A stretch of 64,000 bases of DNA from Nitrospirota bacterium (GTDB lineage: Bacteria > Nitrospirota > UBA9217): NCBI GenBank assembly GCA_963826885.1, contig CAWGYL010000009.1, forward strand, positions 172,176 through 236,175, read 5' to 3'. Positions 19,577 to 29,075 of the stretch are shown here, one piece after another. The translations under genes and the position numbers were made by a program. Under the pieces are notes generated by a model. That model was not told the DNA's origin. It saw only the letters and a list, made by a program, of their open reading frames with translations, and did no database searches. Numbering within the stretch: position 1 is the first letter of the stretch; each line of letters starts with the position of its first letter.

Positions 19577-20551
19577 CTAATGCACAATCAAGTTAGTGGG
19601 CGGAGAAGGCATCGCCGTCGTGCTCGTTGGTCTTGAAGTGGCAACAACCAGATTGTCAAACCATATCGTCTGATCTGCGGGCGAGCCAACCCCAATATAG
19701 GGTGCCAGCACTAACTGATCGAACTGCATAGTTGGATTTGCTCCAGTTCTCATAATAACATTATTTTGATTGATGACGAGCTGCCCATCATACCAATACT
19801 GAAGAACGCCATTCGGTTGCCCTATACCATTTACTATGGTATTTAGTTGAAAGTATGCTTCCACATGATGCCAACTGGTTTTAGCGGAAGAGAAAAAGAC
19901 TGCGCTTGGTCCCTTCCAGTCCATGCCATTCCAATAAGCAGAACCGGCTCCATTTGACAAGTAACAACTGGCCGTACCATCAAGATTAAGTCCAGTTTGA
20001 GTACCATTACATCCGGCCACAGCTCTATTCTCAGTCACACCGATTAAATTTACTCCTATATTCGCCGTGTTTATGTTCTGACCATCCTGAAGGTCAAGTT
20101 GCGGATAACCCTGGTTCTCTTCTACATAAGCATCTAAATATGCGTCGGCAGGGCCAGCATAGTCTCCATCTAAATTTGTAAGAAAGCAGAATATATGAGG
20201 ATGATAATTTACTCCTGACCCGATCCAGCTAGATGAATGTAAAACCCAATAGCTGAAATAAACCGAATTGGTTGGTGTAAATTTATGTCTGAAAGGATTC
20301 CCCACATCGGCAGGGTTACATCCCGTCCCACCCAAGAGGAAGTGACATTTAAAAGATGCTGTGCTGCCAGGAGCATAATTGCTTGTATCTACCGATCCAG
20401 TAGCACCATCATACCATCCTCGTGAAGAAAAATTTGCATCATTGAAATTTTCTTGGAAAAGCGTAGTACCACCGAAACTAACTAAAGGAAAGAAAAGAAG
20501 ACAAAATGCTAAAGACCCTTTGATTATAACATGTCTCATAACGGTCTCCAT
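19577..20551 (-). CDS. Secreted beta-sandwich protein, polysaccharide-lyase/ConA-like, with C-terminal PSPPTNL tail
   Basis: Signal peptide; VYFSYWV, WHHVEAYFQLN, NGVLQYWYDG, IWFDNLVVA; ends AMPSPPTNLIVH. Fold call is by motif resemblance. Confidence 0.6.
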   Translation of the reverse strand: METVMRHVIIKGSLAFCLLFFPLVSFGGTTLFQENFNDANFSSRGWYDGATGSVDTSNYAPGSTASFKCHFLLGGTGCNPADVGNPFRHKFTPTNSVYFSYWVLHSSSWIGSGVNYHPHIFCFLTNLDGDYAGPADAYLDAYVEENQGYPQLDLQDGQNINTANIGVNLIGVTENRAVAGCNGTQTGLNLDGTASCYLSNGAGSAYWNGMDWKGPSAVFFSSAKTSWHHVEAYFQLNTIVNGIGQPNGVLQYWYDGQLVINQNNVIMRTGANPTMQFDQLVLAPYIGVGSPADQTIWFDNLVVATSRPTSTTAMPSPPTNLIVH

Positions 20552-20617
20552 TTTCCCCCGTGGTTTTGGGCTTCAATAATTAAATTATGCTTTATTAACC
20601 ACTTCGATGTCTGAAAT

Positions 20618-21496
20618 CTAATGCAGGCCGGTAGGTGGAGCAGGAGGAGCAGTTCCTATACCACCAGTCACTGGCCCGATAAATGGTCTTCCTTGAGCAT
20701 CATGATTAGAGGGGGTCGTCGCCTGAATCGCTATGTCATCCCAATCATTAAACATACACGTCCCATTTGCAGGAGCATTTTGGTTCGTGGCAAATTCAAG
20801 ATAACCGCTCCAAGTCGTAGTACCATAATTAATATTGGTGAGACCGCCTCTGTAGATTCCATCAACCCAAAAATCAAGGACGCCATTGCTTCCGTTAGTA
20901 TCCATCTTGAGGTGAGCTTCATAGGCGTGCCACAGCCCATCACTGCCTACACCGCCAAAAATATTCTGCCAGCCATAGGGAACCACATAATTGTTGTTTG
21001 CTCTGCCTATACCAAACCCATTCCCTAACCATTCTATGACTGAGTAGCTACCGCCCACATCAAGATAGATTAATTTCTGGTACTGCGGACTTCCCCCGCT
21101 CCATTGAAATCCCGCTTGATACCGCATGTACCAGCGAACCCATAGTTCAGTGTATGGCTGGTCGAGAGAGGTATAGAACCTTGTGCTGCCGTTGTTATCC
21201 CCATCTCCAATGGACACACGAAAGCCCTTGCCGGGAGCGTCATAGGCGTTTTGCCCGGAAGCGTTTAGCTGACTCCAAATATTACCCCCAGTAGGACAGG
21301 ACTGATTATCGTTGCCGTTCTCAGAGAGTCCGCAAGCCCCTAATGGCCATGCCTGACCATTATTAGAATCGTTATAGTCTGGGCAAGAGTCAAAGTTCAT
21401 GGACCACGGCAGGATAACAGCATTGCTAAGATTAGGGATTGCTAATAGAGTAATAACCACACAAACAAACAAAGAGAAGATCCGCAAGTATTTCAT
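20618..21496 (-). CDS. Secreted beta-sandwich protein, polysaccharide-lyase/ConA-like, with C-terminal PAPPTGL tail (paralog of 19577-20551)
   Basis: Signal peptide; ELWVRWYMRY, WHAYEAHLKMDT, NGVLDFWVDG, WDDIAIQ; ends TAPPAPPTGLH. Confidence 0.6.
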   Translation of the reverse strand: MKYLRIFSLFVCVVITLLAIPNLSNAVILPWSMNFDSCPDYNDSNNGQAWPLGACGLSENGNDNQSCPTGGNIWSQLNASGQNAYDAPGKGFRVSIGDGDNNGSTRFYTSLDQPYTELWVRWYMRYQAGFQWSGGSPQYQKLIYLDVGGSYSVIEWLGNGFGIGRANNNYVVPYGWQNIFGGVGSDGLWHAYEAHLKMDTNGSNGVLDFWVDGIYRGGLTNINYGTTTWSGYLEFATNQNAPANGTCMFNDWDDIAIQATTPSNHDAQGRPFIGPVTGGIGTAPPAPPTGLH

Positions 21497-21556
21497 ATTA
21501 GTATTCTCCTTTCAACTCGCTATGGAGAGAATATACAAAAAAAAAGATTAATTAAC

Positions 21557-21572
21557 CGTGATTTAAATCACA
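21557..21572. promoter_or_regulatory. CRP-type binding site CGTGA-TTTAAA-TCACA upstream of the secreted-protein pair
   Basis: 9/10 match to TGTGA-N6-TCACA; core GTGATTTAAATCAC is a perfect palindrome; about 60 bp before ATG 21496. Confidence 0.55.
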
Positions 21573-21791
21573 AAGGTAGTTTATATTATTTAGACCAAAT
21601 GATTCTATCCACCATGAGAACATCGGCATAAAGTTGCATCATTGTCTAATACTGCCGATTAATAGTAAGATTTACATGGCTCACTTTACTATCATAGCAG
21701 TTTTTAGCAGATTCGTCATGTAAAATATCATGTCGGAGTATTAACAAATTCTTCGGAAGAGACTACAATTGTATTGGGTTATTTGTATATG

Positions 21792-21965
21792 TCGGAGATA
21801 CACATGACTGGCCCGCTTTAACCGATACCCGAGTCGATGCATCCAATACTGGGCCTGACGGACTCTCAGCTTTATCCCGAACTGTCGCTGTAAGTGAGTC
21901 GCCAGGGTGGGACCGTCCCATCGGACACGATTTAAACCGAACTTCTGGGGCGATTCCTCCAGTTT
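21792..21965 (-). mobile_element. IS630-family transposase fragment (winged-HTH region)
   Basis: Open frame KLEESPQKFGLNRVRWDGPTLATHLQRQFGIKLRVRQAQYWMHRLGYRLKRASHVYLR matches the SPxxFG...W...L...FG...LG(F/Y)xxKR pattern; no start codon or catalytic part. Confidence 0.78.
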
Positions 21966-22039
21966 GTATTAGTACCGTTTACAGTCTGCGAAAACACAAA
22001 TTCAGGTTGCAACAAATTAACAACGGTATAATATTCTAT

Positions 22040-23173
22040 TTAACATTTCAAGAACAAATCCTGATATTGTCTAACACATGTGTCTAGAGAGTATGTGTTA
22101 TTCACCAAATTTCTCGATTCCTGAGCAAATTTCTTTCTTAACGTCTCATTTCCAATTAACGTTTGCAAAGCATTTTTTAATCCGTCTACATCGCCTATCT
22201 TAACTAGAAGGCCATTCTTGTTGGGAATGATCACATCTCTAATCCCTTCTACATCAGTTCCCACTATAGGAAGACCTGCAGCCATGGCTTCAACTAAACT
22301 TATGGGTAACCCCTCTTTAAATGAAGTTAGACAAAAAACATCCAGAATGCTCAAAATATCCGGGATGTCTGCACGATATCCTAAGAACAAAACATCTTTA
22401 CTGATGTCCTTTTCCTGAACATAATTCCGTATCTCCTGTTCTGAATTCTCAGGATCGTTTTCATAACCTTCACCGACCATTACAAGTTTTATATTCTTAT
22501 AATCTTTGAGCAATTCATGAAATGCTTTAAGCAGGAATACATGGTTTTTTACGTTCTTGAAATTAGCCACGATGCCTATTATTTTGTCCTCAGCGGATAC
22601 CCCTATCCTTGTCCGTATTAAAGATTTATCCTTCGGGGTTGCTTCAAATGATTTGATATCCACACCATTTAGTATACTGAATACTTTTTCTGAATCTATG
22701 TTAAATTTGTTTTTTATCTCCATTGATACCGCCGGATTAACACCAATTACGCCATCTGATTTGCTGAGTATACAGGCGCCAATGGTCTTCCATTGCCAGG
22801 GGATTTTCTGTATCTCCCATTGAGAATGTTCCGTATATAGTAGTTTTCTGTGGTTGCCTATTTTGCTGCCGTAAAACGAGTAGAACATCGGCATGAAATG
22901 ATGGGCATTAATGACGTGTATATTGTTTAATTTTATGATATTGCTTATTTTCTGAAAAGTTGAGATATCAAACCTTTTCATCTTTGGAATATGAAATAGT
23001 GGTATCCCCAGTTCTGTGAACTCCTTTAAAACGCGTTCTCCGTCCAGCCACGCTACGGTAGGATTAAATAAATTTCTATCCAATCGTGAGGCTAATTGAT
23101 AAATTAAACGCTCAGACCCACCGATCGTTTCTAATTGTACAGTTAAAAAAAGGACGTTTATCTTGTCCGACAT
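22040..23173 (-). CDS. Glycosyltransferase family 4
   Basis: GGSER; LTSFKEGLPISLVEAMAAGLPIVGTDVEG. Confidence 0.93.
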   Translation of the reverse strand: MSDKINVLFLTVQLETIGGSERLIYQLASRLDRNLFNPTVAWLDGERVLKEFTELGIPLFHIPKMKRFDISTFQKISNIIKLNNIHVINAHHFMPMFYSFYGSKIGNHRKLLYTEHSQWEIQKIPWQWKTIGACILSKSDGVIGVNPAVSMEIKNKFNIDSEKVFSILNGVDIKSFEATPKDKSLIRTRIGVSAEDKIIGIVANFKNVKNHVFLLKAFHELLKDYKNIKLVMVGEGYENDPENSEQEIRNYVQEKDISKDVLFLGYRADIPDILSILDVFCLTSFKEGLPISLVEAMAAGLPIVGTDVEGIRDVIIPNKNGLLVKIGDVDGLKNALQTLIGNETLRKKFAQESRNLVNNTYSLDTCVRQYQDLFLKC

Positions 23174-23193
23174 TGATCACCCAAAGTCTTGAT

Positions 23194-24228
23194 TTAAAAC
23201 CCCATCAACTTGTATGCAAACAGACTTTTGCTAAACTTTCCGTCAAGTCCCGAGCTCGTTCCTTCCCAGATGCAAATTCGTTTTAATGTAAACTTGTCTT
23301 TTAGATCATTTATTCCCGTTTCTGTCGTTACCGCAAAATCATACCCTGCCTCTATTACTTTACTTTTAATGAAATCGTTATGATTTCCGGCGGGGTAGGA
23401 AAATGCAATGCCGTCATCTTTTATCTTGGCTCTTATCATTTTTGATGACTCTGCAATTTCATACAATAATGCATTCTCTTTCAAGTGAACCAGATTATGA
23501 TGGCTGCATGTGTGCGAACCGATCTCGATACTTTCCCTCATTTTTTGCACTTGTTCCCACTGAAGAATAGCATTTTCGCCATTAAGAAGATCATTTGATA
23601 TTTTGTACTTTGATTGCATGGAATTTAAGAGGTTATCTATTTTATCAGTATCCCCTTGGTTAAGATAACTGAATAAATGGGAAGGGTTTTTTGTGAATTG
23701 TTTTAAAAGAGCTTGTATTTCTACATCGAGCTCCGGATGTAAACCTTTCACATACCATTGCTCGTATTGGTTCAGATAACGATACATGCGATCCCACCAA
23801 TATGGTATATGATCGTTCCGACTGATTTTATTGACAGTAAGAAACATGACGGCAGGGACATTTATACTTTGCATGATTGGGTAGGCATTTTGATAATTGT
23901 CCTCATAGCCATCATCGAAAGTGATTATCAACAAATTAGGCGGAATATCGTTCTTGGCGGCATGGATTTTTAATTCTTTGAAATTAATGATCGTATAGTA
24001 TTTCTTGATAAACTCAAGCTGCTTTATAAAAGAATCTCTTGTTACAAAGAGAGAGGGTAAGGATGCTTTAATATCGCATATGTTCTTATTTGTTACTCGA
24101 TGATAAGCCAATATCGTTAAACGCCTGCCTGATGTATTATTAATAAATTTAAATAAACGCAAAATTCCGCCAAAGTAAAATGCACCGGCTAGCAAACTCT
24201 TAATGATCATCTTCAATCTGCTAAGCAT
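23194..24228 (-). CDS. Polysaccharide deacetylase (NodB-like)
   Basis: ILAYHRV, IITFDDGY, IGSHTCSH, FSYPAG motifs. Confidence 0.9.
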   Translation of the reverse strand: MLSRLKMIIKSLLAGAFYFGGILRLFKFINNTSGRRLTILAYHRVTNKNICDIKASLPSLFVTRDSFIKQLEFIKKYYTIINFKELKIHAAKNDIPPNLLIITFDDGYEDNYQNAYPIMQSINVPAVMFLTVNKISRNDHIPYWWDRMYRYLNQYEQWYVKGLHPELDVEIQALLKQFTKNPSHLFSYLNQGDTDKIDNLLNSMQSKYKISNDLLNGENAILQWEQVQKMRESIEIGSHTCSHHNLVHLKENALLYEIAESSKMIRAKIKDDGIAFSYPAGNHNDFIKSKVIEAGYDFAVTTETGINDLKDKFTLKRICIWEGTSSGLDGKFSKSLFAYKLMGF

Positions 24229-25366
24229 GTTTGGAGATTACTTTCTTCCTGCCAAATCGAGCCGTTACGGTGTTAGATATGGACTTCAGGAAAGCAAATA
24301 AAATATCCGCCCGAAATTCGATATTTCCCATTATATTTTTATTAAAAACGCTGTACGTTCTCATGACCCTGTAATCCCTGGTCCAGTAGGTCTTGTAATT
24401 ATCATTACCGCCCAAAAAATCGAACTCCATGATGTCGGAATGATACATATCCTCAAGCATTTTATAAATTAATATCTTCCCGGGGCTGAAACGCAACCAA
24501 ATAGGATCCAGCCCAGTCTGATAATAATTAAACCTTTTTTCATGAACAAAGCCGTAAGCCGCCGAAATTGCCTCGCCACTGTCATTTTTCTTTAAAAGAA
24601 ATAGCCGGAGCCACCCTATTTCCAAAAATATCCTCGCTATCTCTCTGTGAAAATTTAGGATGGCATCTTTGGAGAACGTTGACGTGACTTTTTTTTCTCC
24701 TGCCCTGGCGTTATGGAGTAAGAACAGATCTTTCAGCCCTGTTTCAAGCTCTGCTTTATCGCTAACTTTTGTCAGTGATACGTCATTTTTGAACAGGATG
24801 TTCTTTTCTCTCATCAGATTATAGCGCTTCTTCCGTTCAAATCCTCCTAAGAAGGCCTCGAAGTCGTGTTCTACTTTCAGGAACGGAGCAATAATTACGT
24901 CTGATTGTATAGTTTTATGTTTAGTGCTATTCCATTGGAGCCATTTGGCAAGATGTCCATCGCCTGCAAGAAATGGTAAATGCATTACGTCCCATTTCGT
25001 ATAGGTATTCAGAAAAAAATCGAACAGCATTTTAACATATATATCTGCATTATCTTCAGCGCATATCACGTCAAGGTGGTCCGGATAAAGCTCGATGCTT
25101 CCGCAAAAGCTGAGTACCTGAAAATTGAAAAGCCGAGTCCGGAGCTTCATAGAACTTTTCGACAAGGGAACAATGGCTTTTATGTTGCAGTCAGAATATA
25201 TAAAAACGATAACGGGCTCATATTTTTTTTCAAAATGTTTAAGCCAGGTTGTAATCCATTCCCACGTTAAAAATACCGTGGGCAATTTCATTGATTTTAC
25301 CAGGCTGTTCCATGTTTCTCTGGATGCGTTAATTTCCTCAATACTTGCTATTTTTATTTGCAACAT
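24221..25366 (-). CDS. GNAT family N-acyltransferase (CelD/BcsL-like)
   Basis: VFLTWEWITTW; YYQTGLDP..SPGKIL; FDFLGG...YKTYW. Confidence 0.85.
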   Translation of the reverse strand: MLQIKIASIEEINASRETWNSLVKSMKLPTVFLTWEWITTWLKHFEKKYEPVIVFIYSDCNIKAIVPLSKSSMKLRTRLFNFQVLSFCGSIELYPDHLDVICAEDNADIYVKMLFDFFLNTYTKWDVMHLPFLAGDGHLAKWLQWNSTKHKTIQSDVIIAPFLKVEHDFEAFLGGFERKKRYNLMREKNILFKNDVSLTKVSDKAELETGLKDLFLLHNARAGEKKVTSTFSKDAILNFHREIARIFLEIGWLRLFLLKKNDSGEAISAAYGFVHEKRFNYYQTGLDPIWLRFSPGKILIYKMLEDMYHSDIMEFDFLGGNDNYKTYWTRDYRVMRTYSVFNKNIMGNIEFRADILFAFLKSISNTVTARFGRKKVISKHA

Positions 25367-25383
25367 AATCTCTTAAGGGTAAG

Positions 25384-26619
25384 TTACGAAATGGATATCA
25401 CGCGACTTAGCATATAGTCTAGATCTGCCCGGTTGAGGTCCTGATGTACGGGTAGGCAAAGGATTTCTCTCGATAACGTTTCCGCTTCCGTGAACGTATT
25501 AATCGGCAAACTGGCATGCAGATTTTCACCAAAAACAAATGTATGAATTCCATGCTGCCGCAATAAACATTGCACCTCTTGCCGGGCTTTCCCGGTAATC
25601 CGGACTGGGAAAAATAACGGGCATGTTCCCTCGGGAAGAGAAGAATATACTTTTTTTACACAAAGCGAATTCGAAAAATGTTCTAACAGATATTTAAAAT
25701 TAGCACGCCTTTTTTGTACCACTTTCTCTACTTGTGTGCCATCCATGATCTTCTTTGATAAATTTGACATCATGATATGGGTCATTGAAATATCATATTC
25801 CATTCCCGTATTGTATATTTTACCGAATTTTATCTGAAATAATTTGTTGATTGTTTTTTTAATAATTTTTGAAGGAACTCGCAACAATTTTTTATTGCCT
25901 GTATTCCTCGAAGAGCCAATCAAAAGGCCGATGGTCCTCTTTAATGCTGCCATCTGGCTTGGCTTTTTCGTCAATGACGGCGGAGCAATATTTGGATTAT
26001 TTATTAATAAAGCTCCACCGTCAGGCAGAGGTAAAGATTTCCTTTGACTGAATATGGAAATGTCCCCGAAAGTTCCCAGCGGTTTTCCTTGATATGATGT
26101 GAATAAAGCATGCGCGCAATCTTCAATGAGAAACAGATTCTTCTCCAGGCAAAACCTCTTGATTTGTTCTATCGGTTGCGGAAAACCATAATAATGTGTT
26201 ACAAGTACAGCTCTGGAGTTTATGTCAATTTTATGCCGCAGATCGTTCATGTCTGCCGTCAAATCTTCTTTTACTTTATAATATACGATTCCCACTCCTG
26301 CCGTAAGAATCGATTCTATATCAACTCCACAATGATATGACGGGACGAGTACTTTATCAGTTTTTGCTAAGTCTAACAATTTTGCTGCATGCCCCAGCGC
26401 CCCTCTGCCAAGGTAAAAATAGGTTGCATCTTTCCCGTAGAAACTCTGAAAAAGGCCTGTTTGCACCCTAGCTCTAAAAATATTAGTAAAATGCAGGCGA
26501 GGGTGTTCTGAAACGACAATATTTCGTGATTTTATATTGTTCAATTGTCTCGTTGACGAATATATTCTGATCCACTTATTTTGTTCAATTTTTATCCGTC
26601 TCTTTCTGCCATACGCCAT
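25384..26619 (-). CDS. DegT/DnrJ/EryC1/StrS family PLP-dependent aminotransferase
   Basis: VTHYYG, IEDCAHA, FSQRKSLPLPDGG (PLP lysine), LCLPVHQ. Start uncertain. Confidence 0.85.
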   Translation of the reverse strand: MAYGRKRRIKIEQNKWIRIYSSTRQLNNIKSRNIVVSEHPRLHFTNIFRARVQTGLFQSFYGKDATYFYLGRGALGHAAKLLDLAKTDKVLVPSYHCGVDIESILTAGVGIVYYKVKEDLTADMNDLRHKIDINSRAVLVTHYYGFPQPIEQIKRFCLEKNLFLIEDCAHALFTSYQGKPLGTFGDISIFSQRKSLPLPDGGALLINNPNIAPPSLTKKPSQMAALKRTIGLLIGSSRNTGNKKLLRVPSKIIKKTINKLFQIKFGKIYNTGMEYDISMTHIMMSNLSKKIMDGTQVEKVVQKRRANFKYLLEHFSNSLCVKKVYSSLPEGTCPLFFPVRITGKARQEVQCLLRQHGIHTFVFGENLHASLPINTFTEAETLSREILCLPVHQDLNRADLDYMLSRVISIS

Positions 26620-26672
26620 TACGATAGTGCAGGATCTTCACGGGCTCTGGTCATAAAGTAACGCCCCGTATA

Positions 26673-27833
26673 TTAGTTTAGCTTTCTCTGTCCTCTAACA
26701 CCTATTGATCGCCGAAATAGCGAATGAACACCAGGCGGTACTTTTTGCCAATCTACCCTTTGGATATTCGTAAAGCCAAATTCTCTAAACCAGCCTTCGA
26801 CCTCATCATAATTGTGGCGGAAAGCAAATCGAGGAGTAAACCTATCTCTTGCGGCATGAAGTGCTCGACTAAAATTATAGGCTTGTGCTGTTGGGTTGCT
26901 AAGTCTTAGAATGTAATTAAACAATATATAGCCTAAAGCTATTGGCGAGAGGGCTATTGTTGCTATAGAAGTGGGCATACGGCTTAACGCTGGACGCAAC
27001 ATGACCTCTGCGTAATGGCCTAACTTCCTGTCCCAAGACTCAGTTTGACCACCTTTTCCATATAGCCATATATAAACCCACCCATCTTGCTTGCAGCATT
27101 GAGTAATGGACTTGAAAGCCTCTTTCGTTGAATAAGTGTGGTGAAGCACGCCGTGAGAATACATGAGATCAAAATAATTTTTCTGTAGCGGCAGTTGAAA
27201 AAGGGTTGATTGTACAAAATGAAGAAATGGATTGTTGCGAAAATGATCGCTCGCTTTAAGGACAGCCAAGCTTAAATCAATCCCCACCGCATCTCCTCGA
27301 TATTTTTTTTGTGCAAAATCGGTAGTAATGCCCAATCCACATCCGATCTCTATAAATTTAGCTCCTGCATTATTCTCAGGGTCTACGCCCATTTCCGTAA
27401 ATAGCGTCTTCTCACGATCTTCGTAAGACCAGCCCCAAATTATTCCATCATATTCATACTCTAACCACTCTTTGGAAAATGACTTGAGTACAAATTGTTC
27501 GCCTGGTTTTGGAGTTCCTTGGGCAATGGTATATTTATCTGAAAATTTAGCGATGTTTGTTTTATATTTATCAATAAATTCCTCTGAAATTGGTGTCTTA
27601 TAAGGCAACATAACCGGAAGTCCGTATAATATTGGAAACCAATACTTACACCCCTCACATAACAATATTCCAGAGTCGACGTACTCATTCAACTGATCAG
27701 ATGGAATTCCTAATTTCTCACCTTTTGTATAGTCTTCTGCTTTTAATTCAACTTTATGCTCTTCGAAAGCGTTTATATCTAACTTGCCTTGACAACACGG
27801 GCACCTCAAAATGGCTCTAAATCTTTTCCACAT
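26673..27833 (-). CDS. Trm112-like domain + class I SAM methyltransferase
   Basis: LRCPCC...LLCEGC...FPILYGLPVML; IEIGCGLG; YSHGVLHHT. AGAGGAG RBS before ATG 27833. Confidence 0.85.
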   Translation of the reverse strand: MWKRFRAILRCPCCQGKLDINAFEEHKVELKAEDYTKGEKLGIPSDQLNEYVDSGILLCEGCKYWFPILYGLPVMLPYKTPISEEFIDKYKTNIAKFSDKYTIAQGTPKPGEQFVLKSFSKEWLEYEYDGIIWGWSYEDREKTLFTEMGVDPENNAGAKFIEIGCGLGITTDFAQKKYRGDAVGIDLSLAVLKASDHFRNNPFLHFVQSTLFQLPLQKNYFDLMYSHGVLHHTYSTKEAFKSITQCCKQDGWVYIWLYGKGGQTESWDRKLGHYAEVMLRPALSRMPTSIATIALSPIALGYILFNYILRLSNPTAQAYNFSRALHAARDRFTPRFAFRHNYDEVEGWFREFGFTNIQRVDWQKVPPGVHSLFRRSIGVRGQRKLN

Positions 27834-27886
27834 GTATATACACTCCTCTTTTTTATGCGTTATACGATTAATGTCTGATTGTCGTT

Positions 27887-29074
27887 TTACAACCTTCGCT
27901 CGGTTCTTACCCAAGTTTTACTGCCAATGCCCAGAACAGATAAAACGTCAATCGCCATTTTCCAAATCAAAAATATTGGAGCAACAAAAAGAGCCAGAAA
28001 ATTTTTAAGTTTATGGCGGGTGTACAAAATGCCTACTATAAATATGACAAGCTGTATTAGTAAAAGAACAGAAAACCATAGAATAAATCCATTATTTCTA
28101 ACTACAGCAGCGAGCAATGACGACATCATTAACCCGATAATCGTAAGATTCATTCCGAGTGACGGGTTGGGAAGAAGCAAAGGCAACGAAGCATCAATTT
28201 TTTTTATGTTTCCTTCTGCCAACCCCTTGATAAAAATACCTCCACCGTATTTCCATGCAATGGCAAACCTTCCGCTGGACCATCGCATCCTTTGAGAAGT
28301 TGCCTGTTTCAATGAGGATGATTCTTGATGGTAGACACGTGCCTTATTGGCAAAAGCGACGATCTCGCCAGATTGAATAAGCCGCGCATAATATTCCCAG
28401 TCTTCGCCGACCGTAAACGCGTTCCAGCCATATTTCATGAGTACCTCACTCGAGAAACACATACCATTCCCCATAAGGTACGAAGACAACCCAAGTTTTT
28501 GTTTGGCGGGATGGTAGATTTCATTTCCTATGGTCCTCGATACATCCAACAACCGGGTAAACCAGCTTTGATCCGGATTTGCTACACCGTTATAACATTG
28601 AATAATTTTTTTCCCGTTTCTAAGAGCCTTATCTAATTGCGCAAGCATGTCAGCTTTTATGACGCTATCAGCGTCAATGATGAAAAAAGCGTCATGCTGA
28701 TTCATATCAACTTTCTCCAGGGCAAACTTTATTGCATAACCTTTTCCGCGTTGCTGATTGTCTTTCCTTTCCAAAACAAGAGCACCATTTTCAAGGCCGA
28801 TCTTGGCGGTATTATCACAACAGTTATCCGCCACGACTATTGTCTTTACTTTGTCTGACGGATAATCCTGTTCGTTTATGCTCTTTAACAATCTATCTAA
28901 TAAGAGTTCTTCATTATGCGCAGGAATAATAATTCCAAATCTTGTTACTGGTGAAAGAATTGGAATGTCCTTATCTTTAATTAAAAAATGTGCAAATAAA
29001 AGCATTAAGTCGTAAAGAATATATAAGCTTAAATATGCGCCAAAGGCAATTAAAAAATAATAAACAAGGCTCAT
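27887..29074 (-). CDS. Glycosyltransferase family 2 (processive-type, membrane)
   Basis: IPAHNEE, VADNC, IIDADS, GEDWE, QRMRW; TM helices. Confidence 0.9.
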   Translation of the reverse strand: MSLVYYFLIAFGAYLSLYILYDLMLLFAHFLIKDKDIPILSPVTRFGIIIPAHNEELLLDRLLKSINEQDYPSDKVKTIVVADNCCDNTAKIGLENGALVLERKDNQQRGKGYAIKFALEKVDMNQHDAFFIIDADSVIKADMLAQLDKALRNGKKIIQCYNGVANPDQSWFTRLLDVSRTIGNEIYHPAKQKLGLSSYLMGNGMCFSSEVLMKYGWNAFTVGEDWEYYARLIQSGEIVAFANKARVYHQESSSLKQATSQRMRWSSGRFAIAWKYGGGIFIKGLAEGNIKKIDASLPLLLPNPSLGMNLTIIGLMMSSLLAAVVRNNGFILWFSVLLLIQLVIFIVGILYTRHKLKNFLALFVAPIFLIWKMAIDVLSVLGIGSKTWVRTERRL

Positions 29075-29075
29075 T

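Noticed and set aside
21623-21638. CGGCATAAAGTTGCA sigma-54-like motif (a similar TGGCATAAAGTGCT lies near 16305)
   Set aside because: GG-GC spacing is 9 and 8 nt instead of 10, and both are on the strand opposite the downstream genes.
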